Below, piece by piece: positions 46,081-54,300 of a DNA stretch of 64,000 nt (position 1 is the first letter of the stretch; each line of letters begins with the position of its first letter). Origin of the DNA: an uncultured bacterium. Its GTDB lineage: Bacteria; Pseudomonadota; Alphaproteobacteria; Rs-D84. The notes under the pieces are model-generated. The model was not told where the DNA came from, searched no databases, and saw nothing but the letters and a program-made list of their open reading frames with translations. Both the position numbers and the translations under genes were made by a program. The DNA is taken from contig CATNBF010000002.1 in NCBI GenBank assembly GCA_950096895.1, positions 25,086 to 89,085 of the forward strand, written 5' to 3'.

Positions 46081-47281
46081 ACAGATCTTGGATGCCCAAC
46101 GCGGGGCGTCGATGATAGAAGTGCTGATGGTGATGGCAATTATTGCCATGATGACCCCGTTTGTTTATTCCCAAGTATCTGCCGCCGCCCAAGAGATTCA
46201 GGATATCGCCATGGCCCGTCGAATTGTGGCAACGCGTGATGGGGTGTTGAATTTTGTGCGTCGTAATCAAGATAATTGGGTCGGGGTTGATCAAATTAGG
46301 TTGGGGGATCAAGAGCTGGGCGAGCTGTCTGATTTGGCATCGGTTGGGTTTGTTGACAAGTATGACATGGGTGGGGTGGTAATGACCGATGTTTATTTGG
46401 GAATTGATCCAGATCGTGATGGATTGCGCGCGGCGCGCATTGCCCGTCATATTGGCGATGCGGCGGCGGTTGTGGCCGATGATGGGGTGGCCTATGGCGA
46501 TATGTGGGCGGTAACGGCCCCAGAATTTCGCCCAGGAATGGTTATTTATCGGGTTTCACGCAATGCGTCGGGTGATGATAAAACGCGCTATTTACATCGG
46601 GTATCGTCGGGTAACGATGATCTGAATACAATGATGCGTGATCTGAATATGGGCGGCCATGATTTATTTGATGTGGGAACCGTGATGGCGTCATCGGGAC
46701 GGATTGGGGATACGGCCGCCATGTTTATTGAATCTGATCTGGTGACGGCGTCAAATGCGTACTTTGTATCGGGGGCGAACATGGATGGGAACGCGGTATC
46801 GGTTGGTAATATGCGTGTGACCGGGGATGTGACCGGATTTCGCAGCATTACGGCCCAGAAACTAAACGGGGATAAATTCGGTACCGTTGGCCGGGTGATC
46901 ACAGATCGTGCGTCGATTACATCATCGGTTAATGTGTCACGTGATCTGACACTAAAAGCGGATACATCCCGCACCATCAGTGGGTTTTCCGGCATCCAGG
47001 CCGGTGTTGTTATGACGCCTTTTTTGGCGGTTGATGAAATGGTATTTTACGAGAATTTTGGATTAACTGTATCTGGGGAATTGTTAATGTCGACAAATCC
47101 GCCGATACGATTGGGGGCATGGTCATTTCCATCGGTGACGCCGCCCCGGTTTGTCGATTTGGCGGTGGCCCGCGCGCCCATGCCTGATATGCCTGATGCC
47201 GATGAATTTGGCGTGATTATGTCAGGGGGCTGGAAAGATGTTGCGGCGCAACCAATAACACCGGGGGGAAATTATGAATAA
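46067..47281 (+). CDS. Large pilin-like protein 2 (prepilin-type N-terminus)
   Basis: GTG start overlapping the previous gene by 14 nt. QRG|ASMIEVLMVMAIIAMMTPF has Glu at +5. Paralogy motif RYLHRVSSGNDDLNTMMRDLNMGGHDLFDVG. Confidence 0.6.
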   Translation: MIASKQILDAQRGASMIEVLMVMAIIAMMTPFVYSQVSAAAQEIQDIAMARRIVATRDGVLNFVRRNQDNWVGVDQIRLGDQELGELSDLASVGFVDKYDMGGVVMTDVYLGIDPDRDGLRAARIARHIGDAAAVVADDGVAYGDMWAVTAPEFRPGMVIYRVSRNASGDDKTRYLHRVSSGNDDLNTMMRDLNMGGHDLFDVGTVMASSGRIGDTAAMFIESDLVTASNAYFVSGANMDGNAVSVGNMRVTGDVTGFRSITAQKLNGDKFGTVGRVITDRASITSSVNVSRDLTLKADTSRTISGFSGIQAGVVMTPFLAVDEMVFYENFGLTVSGELLMSTNPPIRLGAWSFPSVTPPRFVDLAVARAPMPDMPDADEFGVIMSGGWKDVAAQPITPGGNYE

Positions 47282-48587
47282 AGATCTTTTGACCCGGGAC
47301 CACGCCCAACGTGGGGGGATGCTGGTTGAATTGATGATGAGTGTGGCCTTGGCAGCCTTGGTCATTCCGTTTATCTTTCGTTATCAACAGACAGCGGTTC
47401 GGCGCGCTGAAAATGTTGCCTTGGCCCGCCAGATTGAAACAATCCAAGGGGCACTGGAACGCTATATCATTGATAACCAGGCGGCATTATTGGCACCGGT
47501 CGGGAAAAACATTACGCGGGTTAAAATGGCGGATTTGGGGCCCTATGGCGTTTCGGATAATATACTGGCCCAATATGGGGATAAATATCAATTACGCGTC
47601 TTAAAGACCGCCGATCGGGGGGCGGATGCCACGCTGCAAGGGGTTATTGTCTATGATGCCCCGAACATATCCCCCGCCCGAACACGGGAAATTATTAACC
47701 TGGGGGGCGATAGCATGGGCTTTATCGACGACGCGCGGGCGTTCGGGGCATTTGGAACATGGCGTGTTGATGCAGTTGATTTGGGGGTTGGGTCATTAAA
47801 TGGGATTATTGAAACAACCATGCCGACCCGCGGTATGCCGCGATACCTGTGGCGGGTTCCGTCGGATACCAGTGATGATGCCACCATGATGTCGGGATTA
47901 AATCTGGGGGGGCATAATATATCTGATGCGCGATTTTTTGATGCGTCTGTGGGTCGATTTGATGCGTATTTACGGGCCGGGGTTATTTCGGCAAATAATG
48001 TGATGTTTCAAAATCGTACCACATTGGATCGGCATTATCAGACGCGCACCGCCACTGTGTCGGGGACATTATCATCTGATTCACGCAGTATGGATGTAAC
48101 GGGGACGTTGACACTGAATGATATGGGTAAATTTTCAAGCTTTGTAACCGAAGATCTGTGGGTGACGAATTTGACCTTAGGTGGGATTTCAATTGCCACG
48201 GATGCAGATCCGGCGGTGTTAAAGATTAATCAAAATCTGGATATGACCGGTGGACGCATTAATGCCTTGTATGCCAGTGTGGCATTCACCGGATCAATTA
48301 CCCCCCGTCTGGTGGTCAAGACACGTATCGAAGATTCCATTAACCCATCTTATTATTGGGATGTGGCATCGCGGACGGCGTTTTTATCAGATCTAACATT
48401 GGCCGAATTGACCCAGCGAATGGGGCCATTGGTTGCGGTTCGGGAAAAGCGCGGCGGCCCAGACGCGACATCAATCTTTGGGGCGGTGGCAACGAACAAG
48501 AATGCGACGGTATCAGATTATATGAATGCGATCAATGAAATTGCCCAACGGGTTCGGATCAAATATCGCCGGTTGAATTTACAATAA
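47274..48587 (+). CDS. Large pilin-like protein 3 (prepilin-type N-terminus)
   Basis: ATG preceded by GGGGGA, overlapping the previous gene by 8 nt. QRG|GMLVELMMSVALAALVIPF has Glu at +5. Paralogy motif RYLWRVPSDTSDDATMMSGLNLGGHNISD. Confidence 0.6.
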   Translation: MNKDLLTRDHAQRGGMLVELMMSVALAALVIPFIFRYQQTAVRRAENVALARQIETIQGALERYIIDNQAALLAPVGKNITRVKMADLGPYGVSDNILAQYGDKYQLRVLKTADRGADATLQGVIVYDAPNISPARTREIINLGGDSMGFIDDARAFGAFGTWRVDAVDLGVGSLNGIIETTMPTRGMPRYLWRVPSDTSDDATMMSGLNLGGHNISDARFFDASVGRFDAYLRAGVISANNVMFQNRTTLDRHYQTRTATVSGTLSSDSRSMDVTGTLTLNDMGKFSSFVTEDLWVTNLTLGGISIATDADPAVLKINQNLDMTGGRINALYASVAFTGSITPRLVVKTRIEDSINPSYYWDVASRTAFLSDLTLAELTQRMGPLVAVREKRGGPDATSIFGAVATNKNATVSDYMNAINEIAQRVRIKYRRLNLQ

Positions 48588-48610
48588 TATGTGGTATAAC
48601 AGGGTAAGAG

Positions 48611-49111
48611 ATGAAAATAAAATGCGATTTTTGCCAGACAGAATACACGGTTCCCCGAACCGCGCATGGGGCGGTACGATGCGCCTTGTGCGGGCATACA
48701 TGGAATGTGGTTAATATGGGACGGGTGAATGCATGGCTGGTGATGATATCGGCGATATGCGCGTTGTTGGCCGCAGGTATTTTTGTGGCGGCGGTTATTG
48801 CACGGTCACGGATTGATGCCGCCACAGTTGGGCCATTAACGCCAAAGGTATCGGAAATTGCATGGCAGAATGGGGACGATGCCGCGCCCCAGATGGTGGT
48901 TCGTGGGTCGATAACCAATAACACATCTGATATTTATGGGGTGCCGGATTTAATTATTACGTTGCGTGATGCGCATGATCATGTCTTGGGACGTCAAAAA
49001 TTTATGCCAACCGCCACATTAATCGAAGGCGGGGCAACCATTCAATTTGATTATCGTTTGGCCCCGGTTATGGGGGTAAAGCGGATTAGTGTGGAATTGG
49101 CGGGGGAATAA
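48611..49111 (+). CDS. Zinc-ribbon (MJ0042-type) membrane protein with DUF3426-like C-terminal domain
   Basis: MKIKCDFCQTEYTV...VRCALCGHTW (CxxC..CxxC), one TM helix (AWLVMISAICALLAAGIFVAAVI) and a beta-rich extracytoplasmic domain. Confidence 0.65.
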   Translation: MKIKCDFCQTEYTVPRTAHGAVRCALCGHTWNVVNMGRVNAWLVMISAICALLAAGIFVAAVIARSRIDAATVGPLTPKVSEIAWQNGDDAAPQMVVRGSITNNTSDIYGVPDLIITLRDAHDHVLGRQKFMPTATLIEGGATIQFDYRLAPVMGVKRISVELAGE

Positions 49112-49112
49112 C

Positions 49113-49577
49113 ATGGTGATACGGCAATTATTAATCGCGGTGTTCATGTGCCTGGCGGGGGCGGCGTGGGGGGCAGATGCCACCCCGGTTGTTCGGCGGG
49201 TTAGTCTGTTTTCCACCAGCACGGATTGGGCGGCGGTCACCGGATTACCGTGGGGGCAATATAGTGGCAAAATTATTGGGGATAAAAAGTTGACCACGCC
49301 AAACGGATTGATTCTTTATTATTTGGATGGCTTTCCCTGTTATGGCGAAGCCGATAGTGTTCGTTTATGGATTTCGCCCACCGGCAAGGTGGATGGCAAA
49401 TTGCGTTTGGTGTGCGTGCATGCCCCCACGGTGATTCAGTTTGCGTGGCGTAATGCCCCGGCCGATGCCGTGCAAAAGGCAACCACCGGGATCTTGGTTT
49501 GTCCGGTGACAGGTAACCGTGAATTGACGGTGGATCTGGGTAAATGCAGCCGGGGTAAAAATTGGGATAGTTATTAA
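49113..49577 (+). CDS. Secreted hypothetical protein
   Basis: Signal peptide MVIRQLLIAVFMCLAGAAWGADA. The start abuts the previous gene's stop. 4 Cys in the mature part. I recognise no family. Confidence 0.55.
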   Translation: MVIRQLLIAVFMCLAGAAWGADATPVVRRVSLFSTSTDWAAVTGLPWGQYSGKIIGDKKLTTPNGLILYYLDGFPCYGEADSVRLWISPTGKVDGKLRLVCVHAPTVIQFAWRNAPADAVQKATTGILVCPVTGNRELTVDLGKCSRGKNWDSY

Positions 49578-49578
49578 T

Positions 49579-50547
49579 ATGGCAACACAAGACACACGGA
49601 CATTTATCGTTGAACAATCAGATGCCGGGACGCGGCTGGATAAGTTTTTAGCCGGCCAAATGCCCGATTTTTCGCGCAGCGAGATTCAACGTTTCCACAT
49701 TACCCGTGATGGGATGCCGGTCAAGATGTCGGAACGTTTGCGCACGGGGGATGTATTAGTGGTGGATGTCCCGGATGTTGGCCCGGCCCAGCCGACGGCC
49801 ACGGCATCATATGATTTTGATCTGGATATTTTATACGAAGACGATGACATTATTGTTATTAACAAGCCGCGGGGGGTGGTGATGTATCCATCGGCGGGCA
49901 ATACGGATGGCACATTGGTTCAAAATATATTGGCCCATTGTTCGTTATCGACACTGGGGGGGGCAACCCGTCCGGGTGTGGTGCATCGTCTGGATAAAGA
50001 TACCAGCGGGGCGATGGTATTTGCAAAGTCTGATGCGGCCTATCGCGCGTTGGTGAAAACATTTATGGCGCATGATTTAACGCGAAAATATGTGGCCTTT
50101 GTGTGGGGAATTCCCACCTGGGCAGAGGCGGATATCACCGGCAACATTGCCCGTTCATCCCGTAATCGTCAGAAAATGAGCATGGTTAAATCCGGGGGCA
50201 AGCCGGCCCATACATCTGTGGCGGTGTCCGATGTTTGGACCCGGGCCGGTGTGTCATTGATGCGGTGCACGTTAATGACCGGTCGCACGCACCAGATTCG
50301 CGTTCATTTATCGGCACACGGTTTTCCGGTTTTGTGTGATCCGGTCTATGGCCGGGGGGCGACCCGTTTGGGATCGGTGCGCAATGCCGATTTGTTGGAA
50401 TTTCTGAAAACCCATGATGGTCAGATGTTACACGCCGAAGTGTTAGATTTCGTGCATCCTGTTACCGGTGTGCCATTGCATTTCAAGGTGCGCATGCCCG
50501 ACGATATGCAAGAGTTAAAAGCGATCTTGGACGATATGGATTCCTAA
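49579..50547 (+). CDS. rluD: 23S rRNA pseudouridine synthase, RluA/RluD family
   Basis: S4-like N-terminus (GTRLDKFLA), the catalytic HRLDKDTSGAMVFAKS motif and HQIRVHL. Confidence 0.9.
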   Translation: MATQDTRTFIVEQSDAGTRLDKFLAGQMPDFSRSEIQRFHITRDGMPVKMSERLRTGDVLVVDVPDVGPAQPTATASYDFDLDILYEDDDIIVINKPRGVVMYPSAGNTDGTLVQNILAHCSLSTLGGATRPGVVHRLDKDTSGAMVFAKSDAAYRALVKTFMAHDLTRKYVAFVWGIPTWAEADITGNIARSSRNRQKMSMVKSGGKPAHTSVAVSDVWTRAGVSLMRCTLMTGRTHQIRVHLSAHGFPVLCDPVYGRGATRLGSVRNADLLEFLKTHDGQMLHAEVLDFVHPVTGVPLHFKVRMPDDMQELKAILDDMDS

Positions 50548-50671
50548 GGGCCTAATAGTCAAATGGGATTTTGGGAAAATCCGACCGATCAATTAGCCGC
50601 GATTACAATTATTTCCTTTATCAATCCGCTGCTTTGTGTTATAATAAAGCAATAAATCATGGAGTGAGTCG

Positions 50672-53600
50672 ATGTTTTTCATGCAAAAAGCAATTGGATT
50701 TATGGCGGTTATGACGGTTATCTCTGGGGGATATGCGGTGACCAGTGCGCGTCCCAGCGTGATGAAAAGTGCATCATCGCGGATGCCATCGCTGACCACG
50801 TCTGTGACCCGTGGGTCAACTATTACTGTGACGCCATCAATGCCGACAACAACCGACACGGAATGCATCGATGATTATTTATCTTGTTTGAATGACGGGG
50901 ATGTCTGTGGGTCTTCTTTTGAAGAATGCACAACGCGTGTTTTATTCCATGCCCAAATGCCTAAGTGTCTGAATGTGTTGAACCAATGTTCTGCCAATGC
51001 GATTAATCGGTTATATGGAACATCGGCCACAACCAGTCTGGGGGCAATTGCATCCAAGAATGAACATGGCGAAGTGGTTGATTACACCTATCCGACAGAT
51101 GGCAGTATGTTGGGCCAAATGATCACAGGCGCGGCCATTGCCAATATGTATAACACGCCTGATTGTGTCAAACGGTATACCGCCTGTGTGCGTAAAGAAA
51201 ATGTTTGTGGGACGGATTTCGAATTATGCACCACCACCAAGGAATTCAAAAAACAACGTGTTTATTGTGACAATGTGTTGGCCCGCTGCCAATCTGAGGG
51301 GGTTAAAGAACTGTTTGGATCAACGTCCAAGACCGCGACCCCCACAAGTGATAGTCGCATTGGTGAATTAATTGCCGATGGGGCGTCATTGGCCGCGATT
51401 AATGCGGTTTCGACATGTTACAAGGTGATTGATCAATGTATCTTGAATACATGCCGCAACAATCCGTTCAAATGTATTGCGGGTACATCACGTGTCGCGG
51501 TGGATGCCGCCACGGATTCTGCCAATGGGACCAATACAGTATTGGGCCAAGATGCTCTGGCGGTGTTGTCGCAATCAGATGTTGATCGTTTTATCAAAGA
51601 TGCCTGTTATGAAACGGTAGCGACAAACAAATATTGTCATATGACGTTCTTGACCGATGGCCAGGCCCCCAGCAATGCGCAATTAAAAGATGAAATGAAC
51701 CAAGAAGATGTTTATAACGATGCGTATTCGACACGGATGTCTTCGGCTATTAAGACTAAACTGGATGTCATGGCCCAGGATTTCGACACCAATGCCAAGG
51801 ATATGTGTTCACAAACCATCCAAAACTGTGCCATGCAGTATTGTGCCGGCGGCAGTGGGGTTGCCTGTTATTCAAAGGTGTTCGGCCAGAACAGTGCCAG
51901 CAAGACAGTCAATAGCTCATCAACCTATGAAGAAATTAAAAGGGGATGTGAAGCGGTTGTAAATACAGATGCAAATTGTATCTATGCGGCAAACAGCCCC
52001 CGGACAGTTTGGAACAATAATTCTTATACCTATATCCAAGATGGGGTATTTAGCACGTTGTTCCCCAAGGCAACCAACGGGACATCTGGTGCCGGAACCG
52101 AAGGGGATCCCATCGGGGCCGTGGCGTCATTAAATGCCAGATTGACATCAACATACAATGCCGCAGGTATAGAGAGATTGCGCCGTTCATGTCTGAGTGT
52201 GGCGGACAGTTGCGTGCGGACCTTGTGTGGGGCCGATTTTGAGAACTGTTATCGTAACCGCACAGATGTATATTCTGATTTGACCAGTTCGGGAGATGAG
52301 ACCTTTAATAAATCTATGAACAAAGTTGGTGGTGTTTTAGATTACACGGTTGTTTTGGGATTGTGCCTGAATACGGTCAAAAATACATCTTCGTGTGAAG
52401 AACATTTGAAAATCACGACAGAGCAGTTAAAAGATAATGAAACAAATGCTTCCTGGGGGACGGCAGGTTCGGTGCGTGATGGTTGGATCGATGCCGGTGC
52501 AGCGTCCAAGATGGCGGTAAATAAAGAAACAGTTAATGCCGTTGATGAATATGGCAATGACTTGTGTACGAACAAGGCCGGCGAACAAGGTGTGTGTAAT
52601 ACAATGTCGCCAGATGGTTCTGTCTATGACACCAATGTCCAGATCTCTTATACGAATTATCTTCAGAGCAAGGCAGCGTCTGAGTTATTCAAGGAATTGA
52701 TCTTTGATTTAGAAAAAGAAGCCCAGGCAAAATATAATTCCAAATTAACCAAAGAACAAAATGCCTGTTTGGCGGCGAACCAAGGGGGCTTGATGGGCAA
52801 CCGCGATAACGGCAGTACGTATTTGTGGGCAAAATTAAAGAGCAATAAAACACCCAAAGATTATTCGATCAAGGGTCTGACGGAAAAGCAGTTTACCACC
52901 AGTAACGATCTTTATGGATCATTCTGTCGGGTGCGGGTCAATCTGGTATCTGATGATAAACAGATCCAAGATGCGATCTTAAAGGGTAAAGATTGGGCAA
53001 CCGCATACTTTGCTGTGGGTGATACCTTTGCCTGTGGCAGCTGGATCCCCGCCGATGATCTGGAAGAAATTGCCAACAACGTCGCGGCCAGTGCGACCGA
53101 AGACATGGCAGATCGTCAAAAACGTGCACGCACATGGGCGACGGTTTTGGGATCGCTGGGCGGTGGTGTCGGTGGTGCGTTCTTGGGTGATGGAATCCAA
53201 AAAGGCAATATCTTGGGGGGCTTAACCGGTAACAAGGGTCAAAAGACCACAGATGTTGAAATGGTAAAAAATCGCTGTGAATTATATGTAAATAATGCAG
53301 TAGACCAATTGGACGCCATTGTGATAGAGACCGGCCAAGATATGTCTGGTAATGAACAAAATGCAAAGTTGGTCAAAGAGTTTGCAGAAAGTGCCATTAA
53401 AGCGGCCAAGGAACTGGGGCTGGATGCAGATGCGAAAGTAGTTTCAAATAACTTAAACGTACTTGCTGATGCCGTCAAAGTAAAGGAAGGCAACAGTGAA
53501 GGCAATGGGTTGCAATCTAACAATGGTGATAACCGTTTGGCTGCTGTGAAAACGAGTGTTCGTGGATCGTTAGAGAAATTAGGGGAAGGATGTAAAGCAG

Positions 53601-53860
53601 CAGATAGCTTTAAGAATGGCGAACAGGCAAAAAATAAAAATGGTTGGATTGGGCCGGTTGTTGGATCGACGGTGACAGCTGTGGTGGGCGGACTGGCGAT
53701 TAACAAGGCGACCAAGGCCATTCAGGATAGTAAGCTGAGCAAGGAACAACAGCAAGCCTATGACCAGTTTATGGAATCTGTGGGTAAGCATATCCATTGT
53801 TATATCGGCCCAGACGAGGCAGGTGACTATGGCGACGTGGTCAGCGTAACCTTGGATTAA
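50672..53860 (+). CDS. Large secreted cysteine-rich protein (1062 aa) with repeated Cys modules and C-terminal Gly-zipper segments
   Basis: GGAG Shine-Dalgarno 7 nt upstream. Signal peptide (AIGFMAVMTVISGGYAVTSA). Two 52-aa modules exactly 100 aa apart with identical Cys spacing, plus further C-x6-C-x4-C modules. Gly-rich hydrophobic segments near the C-terminus (WATVLGSLGGGVGGAFLGDG; GWIGPVVGSTVTAVVGGLAI). Confidence 0.7.
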   Translation: MFFMQKAIGFMAVMTVISGGYAVTSARPSVMKSASSRMPSLTTSVTRGSTITVTPSMPTTTDTECIDDYLSCLNDGDVCGSSFEECTTRVLFHAQMPKCLNVLNQCSANAINRLYGTSATTSLGAIASKNEHGEVVDYTYPTDGSMLGQMITGAAIANMYNTPDCVKRYTACVRKENVCGTDFELCTTTKEFKKQRVYCDNVLARCQSEGVKELFGSTSKTATPTSDSRIGELIADGASLAAINAVSTCYKVIDQCILNTCRNNPFKCIAGTSRVAVDAATDSANGTNTVLGQDALAVLSQSDVDRFIKDACYETVATNKYCHMTFLTDGQAPSNAQLKDEMNQEDVYNDAYSTRMSSAIKTKLDVMAQDFDTNAKDMCSQTIQNCAMQYCAGGSGVACYSKVFGQNSASKTVNSSSTYEEIKRGCEAVVNTDANCIYAANSPRTVWNNNSYTYIQDGVFSTLFPKATNGTSGAGTEGDPIGAVASLNARLTSTYNAAGIERLRRSCLSVADSCVRTLCGADFENCYRNRTDVYSDLTSSGDETFNKSMNKVGGVLDYTVVLGLCLNTVKNTSSCEEHLKITTEQLKDNETNASWGTAGSVRDGWIDAGAASKMAVNKETVNAVDEYGNDLCTNKAGEQGVCNTMSPDGSVYDTNVQISYTNYLQSKAASELFKELIFDLEKEAQAKYNSKLTKEQNACLAANQGGLMGNRDNGSTYLWAKLKSNKTPKDYSIKGLTEKQFTTSNDLYGSFCRVRVNLVSDDKQIQDAILKGKDWATAYFAVGDTFACGSWIPADDLEEIANNVAASATEDMADRQKRARTWATVLGSLGGGVGGAFLGDGIQKGNILGGLTGNKGQKTTDVEMVKNRCELYVNNAVDQLDAIVIETGQDMSGNEQNAKLVKEFAESAIKAAKELGLDADAKVVSNNLNVLADAVKVKEGNSEGNGLQSNNGDNRLAAVKTSVRGSLEKLGEGCKAADSFKNGEQAKNKNGWIGPVVGSTVTAVVGGLAINKATKAIQDSKLSKEQQQAYDQFMESVGKHIHCYIGPDEAGDYGDVVSVTLD

Positions 53861-53865
53861 TCCAT

Positions 53866-53895
53866 TAAAATCCCGCCCCGGCGGGATTTTAATTT
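53866..53895 (+). terminator. Intrinsic terminator after the 1062-aa gene
   Basis: atcccgc-cccg-gcgggat followed by tttaattt. Confidence 0.65.
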
Positions 53896-54300
53896 GTTCA
53901 TTGAATCGGGGGCGATTTGTAACATATATCCGCGTCTGGTGTATGGCGTGGGGAATAAAAACGCATGGGGAAAAATGGCGGAAAAAACATTTGAAGATTG
54001 GGGTTAAGAAGCTATTTTTCAGGAAATAGTGTATCATATTGGCATAATGCGTATTTTGACACGCCCCAATCACAGATTGGGATCGATGTTTTTACATGAC
54101 GCCATGGTCCGGGTGTGTCCAACCTGAAAAAAGGCCCTTCTTAAAAGCCATGCCGCGTTTGCCGGGCACGGAATAAATTCTATCATTTTATGTGGAATAT
54201 TTTCAATGAGTATTTTTTTATCGCGCTATCTTTAGGATGGGGGTTATTTTTATCTTTGCCCTGGGTAAAAATTATGATAAAATTAATCACAAGAGAGAAT

